The position numbers were made by a program, and so were the translations under genes. Source: an uncultured Gemmatimonadales bacterium (GTDB lineage: Bacteria > Gemmatimonadota > Gemmatimonadetes > Longimicrobiales > RSA9). From it: a stretch of 64,000 nt of DNA. Below the pieces are notes generated by a model, which was not told the origin of the DNA, made no database searches, and saw only the letters and a program-made list of their open reading frames with translations. The DNA is taken from assembly GCA_963816355.1 (NCBI GenBank), contig CAWFKH010000001.1:224001-288000 (forward strand), in the 5' to 3' direction. How positions within the stretch are numbered: position 1 is the first letter of the stretch; every line of letters starts with the position of its first letter. Shown here piece by piece: positions 9,271-18,512 of this stretch.

Positions 9271-10980
9271 TCAGTCGATGCGGCTCTGCCGCAGGCGGTT
9301 GAGCAGGCCGGCAAGTTCGAGGATCCGGAAACCGGCGTACTCCCCCTTCGGCTCCGCGTCGAACGCGCCCGGCCCCTCCGCCGCGATCCGATCCATCACC
9401 CGCCGCAGCGCCTCGTCGATCTCCCTCTCGCCGTCGATCTCCGCGCCCGCCGCTCCCTGCAGCGCGCGCGCCATCGCCGCGACCTGCGCCGCCTCCACGA
9501 TCTGCTCCAGCGCGGAGAGGTCCACGCGCTCCTCTCCGAACTCGAGCCGGTCCGCCGCGTGGACGCGGATGCGCTCGCGCCCCGCGCGGCCGCGTGCGGT
9601 GAGACCGTCGGGGCGCGGACGCCGCCGCCGGATCGGCCGCCACGCGCCGCTCTCCGGCGTGCGCCGCGTCGGCAGCCGGCGCGCGATGTCGCGCGCGGCG
9701 CTCGTGTAGTCGTACGGCCGGTATTCCCGCATCGCGACCACCGTGTCGGCCACGTCGAAGTAGTCGCCGGCGCCGCCCACCACGAGGACGGTGGACACGC
9801 CCTGCTCGGCGGCGAGCTGGCGGGCACGGTCGATGAACGGCGTGATCGGCTCCGCCTCGCGCGGGACGAGCGCCTGCATGCGGGCGTCGCGGATCATGAA
9901 GTTGGTCGCCGACGTGTCTTCGTCGAGCAGCAGCGCCTCGGCGCCGACTTCCAGCGCCTCGACGATCGCCGCGGCCTGTGACGTGGAGCCGCTCGCGTCC
10001 TCGCTGCGGAACGCGACCGTGTCTTCGCCGCCGGGAAGGCCGCGCACGAAGTTGGAGATGTCGGTGCCCGCGACGCGCCGCCCGTCCTCGGCCCGCACCT
10101 TCATCGCCAGCGGCCGCGTCACCACGCGCTCGCGGCCGTCGCCGGGGACGTGGTCGTAAACGCCGCGCTCGATCGCGTTCAGCAGGGTCGACTTGCCGTG
10201 GTAGCCGCCGCCCACGATCAGCGTCACGCCCAGGGGCACGCCCAGGCCCGTGACGGCACCGGCGTTCGGCGCTGTGAGCGTCGTTCGCAGGGACGGCGGG
10301 GATTCGAACGCGCGCGCTCGCTCGCGCGCGAGGGGGCGGTCGTCCACGCCGGAGCGGCGCGGCAGGAGCGCACCGTCGGCGACGAAGGCGACGAGCCCGC
10401 GCGCCGCGAGCTGAGAACGCAGCGCGACGGCGTCCTCCACGCACTCCACGTGCTCCTCGAGGGCCGCGGCGTCCAGCGCCTCCATGCGCAGCGAGGAACC
10501 GACGGCGCCGGGCACCGCGTCCAGCAGCACCAGCGCCGCCGCCCGACCCAGTATGCGGCGGCCACGGGCGGGCAGACCGACACGGAAGCGCGCCTCCACG
10601 CCCCCTCCCTCGTCCACGCGGACGCTGGTGCGCTCGAGCACCTCCTGGCCGGGCTGCAGGACGCGGAGCTCGCCGCCGCGCCCGCTGCCGTGGCGGGTGG
10701 AGGCGGCGCGCACCGCGTGAGAGAAGCCGCGGTTGAGATGGTCGGCGGTGGCACGGCGGCGGTCCGCGGACGCGAAGGACCAGTCGGGGAGCGCCGTCCA
10801 GGCCGCGTCGAGGTGCACGCGTACGCGGCTCGGCTGTGCGTACGGATCCCCCTGCACGTAATCGATCCGCAGCGCGTAGCCGTCACCCGCGCCGTAGGCG
10901 CCCTTGATCTCCTTGTAGCGCTTGTAGCTCTCGCCGTCGATGCGCAGCAGGAGGCTGCGAAGCTCGGAAGGGTCTCGCAT
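9271..10980 (-). CDS. ABC-class ATPase domain protein (COG3044-like)
   Basis: IDYVQGDPYAQPSR, GGGYHGKSTLL Walker A, RAEDGR, ASGSTSQAA, LLLDEDTSATNFMIRD. Confidence 0.88.
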   Translation of the reverse strand: MRDPSELRSLLLRIDGESYKRYKEIKGAYGAGDGYALRIDYVQGDPYAQPSRVRVHLDAAWTALPDWSFASADRRRATADHLNRGFSHAVRAASTRHGSGRGGELRVLQPGQEVLERTSVRVDEGGGVEARFRVGLPARGRRILGRAAALVLLDAVPGAVGSSLRMEALDAAALEEHVECVEDAVALRSQLAARGLVAFVADGALLPRRSGVDDRPLARERARAFESPPSLRTTLTAPNAGAVTGLGVPLGVTLIVGGGYHGKSTLLNAIERGVYDHVPGDGRERVVTRPLAMKVRAEDGRRVAGTDISNFVRGLPGGEDTVAFRSEDASGSTSQAAAIVEALEVGAEALLLDEDTSATNFMIRDARMQALVPREAEPITPFIDRARQLAAEQGVSTVLVVGGAGDYFDVADTVVAMREYRPYDYTSAARDIARRLPTRRTPESGAWRPIRRRRPRPDGLTARGRAGRERIRVHAADRLEFGEERVDLSALEQIVEAAQVAAMARALQGAAGAEIDGEREIDEALRRVMDRIAAEGPGAFDAEPKGEYAGFRILELAGLLNRLRQSRID

Positions 10981-11165
10981 TGCGTCGCGTCTTCGGGTGG
11001 CTGGTGAATCCGTTTCTCGCCGCACGCGCCTCGCGTGGCGACGGCGCCCCGGCCCTATTGGCGACGGCGGCCGGCCGCGCGGTGGCGGCGGCCGCGCCGC
11101 ACGCGGGCGCGACCCCGGGCGGCGCAGGATCCGAGCCGCGCGTGCCGCCGCCTTGTCCGGGCGTG

Positions 11166-11181
11166 TGTTTCACGTGAAACA
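11166..11181. promoter_or_regulatory. parS site (perfect palindrome)
   Basis: TGTTTCACGTGAAACA upstream of parA. Confidence 0.96.
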
Positions 11182-11201
11182 CCGGGCCGCCGCGGCGGCG
11201 C

Positions 11202-11230
11202 TTTACCGGTTCGAGCCGCGCGGGTATATT
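11202..11230 (+). promoter_or_regulatory. sigma70-type promoter of parAB operon
   Basis: TTTACC-17 bp-TATATT, 20 bp downstream of parS. Confidence 0.6.
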
Positions 11231-11266
11231 CGATAGCAGCGCCCGAGACCCTCCGGCCGGAATCGC

Positions 11267-12190
11267 ATGTCCCGCGTCATCGCAATCGCCAATCAGAAGG
11301 GTGGTGTCGGCAAGACCACCACCGCGATCAACCTCGGGGCGTGCCTCGCCGTGGCCGAGCGGCGGACGCTCGTCGTCGATATGGATCCGCAGGGCAACGC
11401 GACCAGCGGCCTGGGGATCGAGCGGCGCGAGGGGATGCCGACGGTCTACAACCTCCTCGTCGAGGAGGCGCCGATCCGTTCCGTCCTGCTGCGCGAGATC
11501 CAGTTCCCCTTCCTCGACGTGGTGCCCTCGGCGCGCGACCTGGTCGGCGCCGAGGTCGAGCTCGTCGGCCGGGCCGAGCGCGAGCTCGTGCTGCGCAACG
11601 CGCTACGCGAGGTACGCGACGAGTACGAGTACGTGCTCGTCGACTGTCCGCCTTCGCTCGGCCTCCTCACGCTCAACACGCTGTCGGCGGCCGACGCGGT
11701 GCTGATTCCGATCCAGTGCGAGTTCTACGCGCTCGAGGGGCTCTCGCAGCTCCTCAACACCGTCCGCCTCGTGCAGCGCAACCTCAATCCGCGCCTGCAG
11801 ATCGACGGCGTCCTCCTGACGATGTTCGACCAGCGGCTGAACCTTTCGAAACAGGTCGCGGAGGAGGCGAAGGAGTATTTCGGCAGCCGCGTCTACAAGA
11901 CGGTGATCCCGCGCAACGTGCGTCTCGCCGAGGCGCCCAGCTTCGGAAAGCCGATCGTACTCTACGACATCCTCTCCGCCGGCGCACAGAGCTATCTGGC
12001 GCTCGCCCGCGAGATCATCGGCCGTTCCGCCCGGGTGGGGCGTCGTTCGCGCCACGGTCGGGCGGCGAGCGACGGCGGCGCGGCGGGCGACGGCGCGGCG
12101 GGCGGCGGCTCGGCGGCTGACGCCGGCCCGCCCGGCCGCGCCGCATCGCCCGCGAACGTGGAACCGCCGCCGGTCGGGGAGGAGCGCTGA
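11267..12190 (+). CDS. parA: chromosome partitioning ATPase ParA/Soj
   Basis: [11 protein letters not shown] deviant Walker [26 protein letters not shown]; extra G/A/P-rich C-terminal tail. Confidence 0.97.
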   Translation: MSRVIAIANQKGGVGKTTTAINLGACLAVAERRTLVVDMDPQGNATSGLGIERREGMPTVYNLLVEEAPIRSVLLREIQFPFLDVVPSARDLVGAEVELVGRAERELVLRNALREVRDEYEYVLVDCPPSLGLLTLNTLSAADAVLIPIQCEFYALEGLSQLLNTVRLVQRNLNPRLQIDGVLLTMFDQRLNLSKQVAEEAKEYFGSRVYKTVIPRNVRLAEAPSFGKPIVLYDILSAGAQSYLALAREIIGRSARVGRRSRHGRAASDGGAAGDGAAGGGSAADAGPPGRAASPANVEPPPVGEER

Positions 12191-12192
12191 CA

Positions 12193-13080
12193 ATGGCGCA
12201 GCGAAGGGATCGCCTCGGACGAGGGCTCGGCGCGCTGCTCGGCGAGTACCTGGGGGAGGAGCGGCTGGACGGGGTCGAGGTGCGGAAGATCCCGCTCGGG
12301 TCGATCACCCCCAATCCGTTCCAGCCGCGTCGCGAGTTCGACGAGGCGGAGCTCACGGAGCTCTGCGACTCGATCCGCGACAACGGGCTCCTGCAGCCGA
12401 TCGTCGTGCGGCCGGCGCCGCACGGCGACGCGTGGGAGCTGGTGGCGGGCGAGCGGCGCTGGCGCGCCATCTCGCGCCTCGGCTGGCGCGACGTCCCGGC
12501 GATCGTGCGCGACGTCGACGACCGCACGCTCCTCGTCCTCGCGCTCGTCGAGAATCTCCAGCGCTCCGCGCTCTCGCCCCTCGAGGAAGCGGACGCGTAC
12601 CGCCGCCTCGCCGAGGAGTTCAGCCTCTCGCACACGGAGATCGCCGAGACCGTCGGCCGCGATCGCTCGACCGTGGCCAACACGTTGCGGTTGCTGCAGT
12701 TGCCCCCCGCGGTACGGAGGATGCTCGGTGACGGCCGGCTGAGCGCCGGACACGGTCGCGCCCTGCTCGCGCTCGGCAACGAGCGTCGCATGCTGGGACT
12801 GGCGCGGCGCGCGGCCGAGGAGGGCTGGAGCGTCCGCCTGACGGAGGCGCGGGTGAAGCAGGCGAGGGGCGAAAAGAAGCCGAAGAAAGCGGCCCCCCGC
12901 AGAGATCCGGCCGAGCGCCGCCTGGAGGAGGAGCTGCAGCGCGCGCTCGGCGCCGACGTACGCATCCGGGTGGGACGGGGTGGCCGCGGGCGGATCGAGA
13001 TCCCGTTCCTCGGCGTGGAGGACTTCGAGCGCATCTTCGAGCTGCTCGCCCAGGAATCGGCGGCGGATTTCGTTTCGTGA
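12193..13080 (+). CDS. parB: chromosome partitioning protein ParB/Spo0J
   Basis: LGRGLGALL, NPFQPR, GERRWRA, ENLQR, HTH RSTVANTLRLL. Confidence 0.97.
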   Translation: MAQRRDRLGRGLGALLGEYLGEERLDGVEVRKIPLGSITPNPFQPRREFDEAELTELCDSIRDNGLLQPIVVRPAPHGDAWELVAGERRWRAISRLGWRDVPAIVRDVDDRTLLVLALVENLQRSALSPLEEADAYRRLAEEFSLSHTEIAETVGRDRSTVANTLRLLQLPPAVRRMLGDGRLSAGHGRALLALGNERRMLGLARRAAEEGWSVRLTEARVKQARGEKKPKKAAPRRDPAERRLEEELQRALGADVRIRVGRGGRGRIEIPFLGVEDFERIFELLAQESAADFVS

Positions 13081-13086
13081 GGTAGC

Positions 13087-13923
13087 ATGGACGAGCGCGA
13101 GCTGACGCTGATCATCGTCCCTGAGGGTGATCCGGAGACGCGCACGATACGGGTCCCGTACCGTCGTGTGCGCATCGCGATCGTGGCAGCGGGAGTCTTC
13201 GTGGTCCTCTTCATCGTGATGGCGGCGTCGTGGTGGTACGTGGCGGCGCAGGCGGCGCGCGTGCCGGGGCTGGAGCGCCAGCTCGGCGAGCTCGAGGCGG
13301 AGCGTGCGAAGGTGGCGCGGCTCGCGCGGACGCTGACGGAGGTGGAGGCGCAGTACGAGCGGGTGCGGCAGATGCTGGGCGCCGACGGAGCCGCTGCCGG
13401 CGGCGCCGCGGCGTCGTTGCCGCCGCTACGCGACACTGCCGTCTCCCGCGGTGCCGGCGGAGGGGAGCTGGCGCCGCCCCGCGAGGCGCCGGCGGTAGAG
13501 CCGGCGGTGGGCGCTCCGGCGGCCGGGGGACGGCCGGTCGGAGGTCCACCCGCTGACTGGCCTCTCACGGACGAGGGATTCGTGACGCAGCGACTGACGC
13601 AGGCGGCCGGCGGCGGCCATCCCGGCGTCGACGTCGCGATCCCCGGCGACTCCTACATCCGGACTTCCGGAGCCGGCCGGGTGAGCCGTGCGGGCGACGA
13701 CGCCATCTACGGCCGCTACATCGTCGTCGACCACGGCGACGGCTACGAGACGCTCTACGCGCACGCCTCGCGCCTCTTCGTGAGTGCCGGCGAGGGCGTG
13801 GAGCGTCATCAGATCATCGCGCTGAGCGGCTCAACCGGTCGCTCCAGCGCGCCCCACCTCCACTTCGAGCTGCGTCGAAACGGGCGTCCGCTCGACCCTC
13901 TGGCGCTGCTGCAGCGCCGCTGA
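13087..13923 (+). CDS. M23 family peptidoglycan endopeptidase (TM + coiled coil + M23)
   Basis: HPGVD (HxxxD), YAH, GSTGRSSAPHLHFE (HxH); N-terminal TM. Confidence 0.92.
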   Translation: MDERELTLIIVPEGDPETRTIRVPYRRVRIAIVAAGVFVVLFIVMAASWWYVAAQAARVPGLERQLGELEAERAKVARLARTLTEVEAQYERVRQMLGADGAAAGGAAASLPPLRDTAVSRGAGGGELAPPREAPAVEPAVGAPAAGGRPVGGPPADWPLTDEGFVTQRLTQAAGGGHPGVDVAIPGDSYIRTSGAGRVSRAGDDAIYGRYIVVDHGDGYETLYAHASRLFVSAGEGVERHQIIALSGSTGRSSAPHLHFELRRNGRPLDPLALLQRR

Positions 13924-13951
13924 GATCCTCCGAACAGTGAGATTCGAAACC

Positions 13952-14494
13952 ATGGTACGCGAGAAGGAACGCGACATCACGCCCCCCGGAAACGAAGGCG
14001 TCATCTCCATCGTCGGACCCGGCATGCGCGTCGTCGGCGACTGCGAGACCGCGGGGACGCTCCGCATCGAGGGCGTCGTGGAGGGCACCGTCCGCGCCGG
14101 AAAGGCGGTCGTCGTCGGCAAGGACGGCTCCGTCCAGGGCGACATCGTCACGCAGGACGCCGTCGTCGGCGGCAAGGTCAACGGGACGATCGTGGCGGAG
14201 AGCCGGCTCGAGTTGCAGGCGACGTGCGTCGTCGAAGGCCAGATCCACGCCCGCCGCATCAAGCTGGACGAGGGCGGGCGCGTCAACGGCGAGGTGCACA
14301 CTGGCGAGGTACGCCAGCGGAGCGGGGAAGCCGCGGGGTCGCTTTCGGCCTCCACTTCCGGGCCGGGCCGGGCCGCCCACGCCACCGGATCGGGCGCGGC
14401 GGCGGCGTCCGGCGGCCCCGGTCCGTCGCGTCCCTCGAGCGACATCTCGTCCGGCTCGGCGACGAAGGCGGCGCGCGCGGTGGGCTCCGAGTAG
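13952..14494 (+). CDS. bactofilin (polymer-forming cytoskeletal protein)
   Basis: SIVGPGMRVVGD..GTLRIEGVVEGTV..VQGDI..VVGGKVNGTI beta-helix repeats. Confidence 0.93.
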   Translation: MVREKERDITPPGNEGVISIVGPGMRVVGDCETAGTLRIEGVVEGTVRAGKAVVVGKDGSVQGDIVTQDAVVGGKVNGTIVAESRLELQATCVVEGQIHARRIKLDEGGRVNGEVHTGEVRQRSGEAAGSLSASTSGPGRAAHATGSGAAAASGGPGPSRPSSDISSGSATKAARAVGSE

Positions 14495-14510
14495 TTCGGT
14501 AAAGCTACGG

Positions 14511-14630
14511 TTTTTCTCCACAATCTGTGGATACCGATGAAGTCTTGCACTGGCAACGAGTTATGACTGGATTTCGGACACCGTGACGCATAAAGAGGTG
14601 ATGGTGTTGCGTCTTTTCCACAGCAGTGGC
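14511..14630. promoter_or_regulatory. second DnaA-box cluster with central IHF-like site
   Basis: TTCTCCACA 14514-22, inverted TGTGGATAC 14526-34, TTTTCCACA 14614-22; CAACGAGTTA 14554-63; locally AT-rich. Confidence 0.65.
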
Positions 14631-14641
14631 GAGCGGCGCTG

Positions 14642-15403
14642 GTGAGCCCGGTGGACCTGCGGGAGCTGGTCGCCTATCTGGACGCCTACCTGCGCGTCGG
14701 AGAGGTGCCCGATTCGCCCGGCGCGCTGAACGGGCTGCAGGTGGAGAGCGCGGGGAGCGTGACGCGGTTGGGAGCGGCGGTGGACGCGAGCGAGGCGACG
14801 ATCCGGAAGGCGATCGAGCTGGGCTGCGACCTGCTGCTGGTGCATCACGGGCTCTTCTGGAGCGGGAATCGGCCGGTGACGGGGCGGCGGTACCGTCGTC
14901 TGAAGGCGTTGCTGGACGCCGACGTGGCGGTATACGGGGCGCACCTGCCGCTGGACGTGCACGCGGAAGTGGGGAATAACGCGGTGCTGGCGCGGGAGTT
15001 GGGGGTCGACGTGGAGGGCCGGTTCGGGGAGGAGTACGGAATCGAGCTGGGGGTGGTGGGGCGCCTGCGGATCCGGCGCGAGGCGCTGGCGGCGCGGCTG
15101 GACGAGCTGCTCGGCGGCCGGATCAAGCTGCTCGCGGGCGGGCCGGAGATGGTGGAGCGGGTGGCGGTGCTGACGGGCGCGGGGGGCGGCATGATCGCGG
15201 ACGCGGTGGCGGCGGGGGCGGATGCGTACGTGACGGGGGAAGGCGCGCACCACACGTACTTCGACGCCATGGAGAGCGGCATCAACGTGTACTACGGCGG
15301 TCACTACGCGACGGAGACGTGGGGGGTGCGGGCGCTCGCGCGGCATCTGGAGGCGCGGTTCGGTCTCCCGTGGGAGTTCATCGACCTTCCGACGGGCCTG
15401 TAG
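14642..15403 (+). CDS. Nif3-like dinuclear metal center hexameric protein (YbgI family)
   Basis: NGLQVE, LLLVHHGLFW, HLPLDVH, GNN, YVTGE, GHYATE. Confidence 0.93.
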   Translation: MSPVDLRELVAYLDAYLRVGEVPDSPGALNGLQVESAGSVTRLGAAVDASEATIRKAIELGCDLLLVHHGLFWSGNRPVTGRRYRRLKALLDADVAVYGAHLPLDVHAEVGNNAVLARELGVDVEGRFGEEYGIELGVVGRLRIRREALAARLDELLGGRIKLLAGGPEMVERVAVLTGAGGGMIADAVAAGADAYVTGEGAHHTYFDAMESGINVYYGGHYATETWGVRALARHLEARFGLPWEFIDLPTGL

Positions 15404-15418
15404 CGGGACGGCGGAGCG

Positions 15419-15460
15419 ACGCGACGGCCGCGGCGTCCCAGCTCGCCGCGGCCGTCGCGT
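15419..15460. terminator. 17-bp perfect inverted repeat between convergent genes
   Basis: ACGCGACGGCCGCGGCG-TCCCAGCT-CGCCGCGGCCGTCGCGT; followed by a 17-bp tandem duplication CGTCGCGTTCACCTGYC. Confidence 0.6.
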
Positions 15461-15540
15461 TCACCTGCCCGTCGCGTTCACCTGTCCGTCCCGGCCGCCG
15501 TGGGTCCGCGTTGCGGCGGGCCGCGGAGTCGGCGGGTGCG

Positions 15541-16335
15541 TCAGCCGTGGCTCTTCAGGTACGCCTCCGCGTCCGTCCTGTACTCGGGCAGGACCTGCGT
15601 GTGCTCCGTGTACTCCGGCAAGGACTTCGCCTTTTCCGCGTCGTACGAGTCGAGGAAATGGCGGTAGTAGCGCACGGCCGCGGCGGTGTCTCCGGTCTTG
15701 TCGGCGGCCTGGGCCGCGGCGGCGAGGCCGAGCAGGTGGTCCGGCGAGGAGGCGAGGATCTTCCGGGCGGTGGAGAGCGCGGCCGCGGCGTCGCCGGCGG
15801 CGGTCTGCAGCACGCTGAGGTGGTAGAGGCCGTCGGCGTCGAGGTTGGGCACGTTCTCGTAGGCGGTGATGGCCATCGGCATGAAGAATTGGGCCTGCTG
15901 CTGGTCCCCGCTCTGCATCGCCGTCATGATGCGGTTGAAGAGGCGGTCCGCCTGCTCGCGCGGCGTGCCGGTCAGCGGGCCGGGCGCGCCGAGGCCGGCC
16001 GGCGTGCTGCCGCCGCCGGCCGCCGGGTCGGAGGTCGGCGAGAGGAAGGGGGCGCCGTTGGCGCCGAGGGTGGTGGAGTCGGCGCCGCCGCCCCGGCCGC
16101 GCGTCAGCACGGGGACGAGGATGACGGCGACGAGCGCGATGATCGCGGCGCCGGCAATGTACCAGGGCAGGTTGGAGGCGGAGCCGCGGAGCGTCTCGCC
16201 GCACTGGGTGCAGAAGCGGGCGCCCGGGGGGAGCGGCGCGTCGCAGCGGGTGCAGCGGGAGCCGCGGAGCGCGGTGCCGCAGTCGGCGCAGAACGCGGCG
16301 TCGCCTGCTTCCGTCTGGCAGTTGGGACATTTCAT
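15541..16335 (-). CDS. double zinc-ribbon / TM / TPR-like protein
   Basis: Four CxxC motifs (CPNC, CADC, CTRC, CTQC), one TM segment, helical C-terminal region. Confidence 0.8.
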   Translation of the reverse strand: MKCPNCQTEAGDAAFCADCGTALRGSRCTRCDAPLPPGARFCTQCGETLRGSASNLPWYIAGAAIIALVAVILVPVLTRGRGGGADSTTLGANGAPFLSPTSDPAAGGGSTPAGLGAPGPLTGTPREQADRLFNRIMTAMQSGDQQQAQFFMPMAITAYENVPNLDADGLYHLSVLQTAAGDAAAALSTARKILASSPDHLLGLAAAAQAADKTGDTAAAVRYYRHFLDSYDAEKAKSLPEYTEHTQVLPEYRTDAEAYLKSHG

Positions 16336-16521
16336 GGGGAGAAAGCTAAGCCCCGCCGCGAGGGGCGTCCACCCTGGCCCGCGCCCCGCGACGGGCGCGT
16401 GGGTGCGGCGGGGGCGAGGACGCGCGCCGGGGGCCGGCGTTCGCTACCTTTCGCGTGCGCGGCCCCGTGGGCGGACGCCGCGTCGGGAAGGGCAACCGAC
16501 GGACAGGATGGCGAGAGTCGA

Positions 16522-17313
16522 ATGGAGTCGGAGGAACGGGTGAGGGCGCCGCGCTCGGGGCGCACGGCGAAGCCGCAGAAGGAGACGCCGGAGCTGAACC
16601 GCGAGCGGCGGACGGAAGACGAGCAGCTTCTGCAACGCGAGCCGTCGGAGGTGAGCTTCACGCACACCGATCCGTGGCGTGTCTTTCGCATCATGGGCGA
16701 GTTCGTCGAGGGTTTCGACACGCTCGCCGGCCTGGGGCCGGCGGTGGCGGTGTTCGGCAGCGCCCGCACGCTGCCGGACGATCCGTACTACGGCGCGGCG
16801 CGGGAGACGGCGCGCCTGCTGGCGGAGCGCGGATTCGGGATCATCACCGGCGGCGGCCCCGGCATCATGGAGGCGGCGAACCGCGGCGCGGTGGAAGGGG
16901 AGGGCCGCTCGATCGGCTGCAACATCGAGCTGCCGTTCGAGCAGGGGATGAACGCGTTCGTGCGCACCGCGATCAACTTCCGCTACTTCTTCGTACGCAA
17001 GACAATGTTCGTGAAGTACTCGGAGGGGTTCGTGATCTTCCCCGGCGGGTACGGCACGATGGACGAGCTGTTCGAGTCGTTGACGCTCATCCAGACGCAG
17101 AAGATCACGGACTTCCCCGTGGTCCTCTTCGGCGCGGAGTATTGGCGGGGCTTGCTCGACTGGCTTTCCGGCTTCATGCTCCGCCAGGGGAAGATCGCCG
17201 GCGATGACCTGCGGCTTCTCCAGGTGACGGATTCGCCGGAGGAGGCCGCGCGCATCGTCGCCGACAGCTTCGACGCCCAGGAACGACCGGGAACGCCTCG
17301 CTCCGATCCGTGA
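16522..17313 (+). CDS. LOG family phosphoribohydrolase (TIGR00730-like)
   Basis: [39 protein letters not shown]. Confidence 0.92.
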   Translation: MESEERVRAPRSGRTAKPQKETPELNRERRTEDEQLLQREPSEVSFTHTDPWRVFRIMGEFVEGFDTLAGLGPAVAVFGSARTLPDDPYYGAARETARLLAERGFGIITGGGPGIMEAANRGAVEGEGRSIGCNIELPFEQGMNAFVRTAINFRYFFVRKTMFVKYSEGFVIFPGGYGTMDELFESLTLIQTQKITDFPVVLFGAEYWRGLLDWLSGFMLRQGKIAGDDLRLLQVTDSPEEAARIVADSFDAQERPGTPRSDP

Positions 17314-17354
17314 GCGGGGCGTTCTCTCGCGACCCCCGATCCGGATCCCACGCC

Positions 17355-18512
17355 ATGCCAGGCAAGAGCCGCTTTCTCTCCGGCCGAGCGATCGCACCAC
17401 GGCGCATCGGCCGCGACATCTCCGTCACGGACCTCGTCGACGGCACCTTCCTCGCCTACAACGCGGGCCGCCTGCAGGAGGGGTGCAGGCTGCTGGCGGA
17501 GCGCATGCTGGAGGCGGACGTCACCGTCGGCGTCTCGCTGACGGGCGCCCTGACGCCTGCCGGGCTGGGCATGAGCGCGCTCATCCCGCTCGTCGAGGCC
17601 GGGTTCGTCGACTGGATCGTCTCCACCGGCGCGAACCTCTACCACGACGCCCACTTCGGCCTCGGGCTCGAGATGCGGCAGGGCAACCCGTTCGTGTCGG
17701 ACGTCGTGCTGCGAGAGGAGGAGGTGGTCCGCATCTACGACATCTTCTTCGACTACTCGGTGCTGCTCGACACGGACGCCTTCTTCCGCAAGGTGATCTC
17801 GGGCGAGGAGTTCCAGCGTGCGATGTCGACGGCGGAGTTCCACCACCGCTGTGGCGCCTACGTCGCCGAGCGCGAGCGCGCGCTCGGGATCGGGCGCAAG
17901 TCGCTGCTCGCCGCCTGCTGGGAATACGACGTCCCGGTCTACACGTCGTCGCCGGGCGACTCGTCGATCGGCATGAACGTGGCGGCGATGGCGCTGCAGG
18001 GGAGTCGCTTCCGCTTCGACGTCAGCGCGGACGTGAACGAGACCGCCGCGATCGTGCTCGATGCCAAGCGCAGCGGCGGCCGCTCCGGCATCCTGATCCT
18101 CGGAGGCGGCAGTCCGAAGAACTTCGTCCTGCAGACGGAGCCGCAGATCCAGGAAGTGCTCGGCATCGAGGAGAAGGGCCACGACTATTTCCTGCAGGTG
18201 ACCGACGCGCGGCCGGACACCGGCGGCCTCTCCGGCGCCACGCCGGCGGAGGCGGTGAGCTGGGGGAAGGTGGACCCGGACCGGCTCCCCGACGCGGTCG
18301 TCTGCTACACGGACACGACGATCGCGCTGCCGATCCTCGCGGCCTACGCGCTCTCGCGCCGGGAGCCGCGCGAGCCGAAGCGTCTCTTCCGCCGCCGCTC
18401 CGAGATGATGGAGCGGCTCCTGCGCGAGTACGAGGCGTCCGCCCGTCACGGCGTGGAGGCCGGGCGGACCGCGAGAGGGGGCCACGACACGACCCTCGAC
18501 CGGGACCGCTGA
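17355..18512 (+). CDS. deoxyhypusine synthase-like protein (probable homospermidine synthase)
   Basis: [39 protein letters not shown] with catalytic Lys retained. Confidence 0.88.
   Translation: MPGKSRFLSGRAIAPRRIGRDISVTDLVDGTFLAYNAGRLQEGCRLLAERMLEADVTVGVSLTGALTPAGLGMSALIPLVEAGFVDWIVSTGANLYHDAHFGLGLEMRQGNPFVSDVVLREEEVVRIYDIFFDYSVLLDTDAFFRKVISGEEFQRAMSTAEFHHRCGAYVAERERALGIGRKSLLAACWEYDVPVYTSSPGDSSIGMNVAAMALQGSRFRFDVSADVNETAAIVLDAKRSGGRSGILILGGGSPKNFVLQTEPQIQEVLGIEEKGHDYFLQVTDARPDTGGLSGATPAEAVSWGKVDPDRLPDAVVCYTDTTIALPILAAYALSRREPREPKRLFRRRSEMMERLLREYEASARHGVEAGRTARGGHDTTLDRDR

Noticed and set aside
12149..12166. Possible third parS in the parA tail (AACGTGGAACC)
   Set aside because: Only one half-site matches.
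15319..16521. Long N-terminal extension of the LOG ORF
   Set aside because: Antisense to the zinc-ribbon gene; the LOG protein most plausibly starts at ATG 16522.
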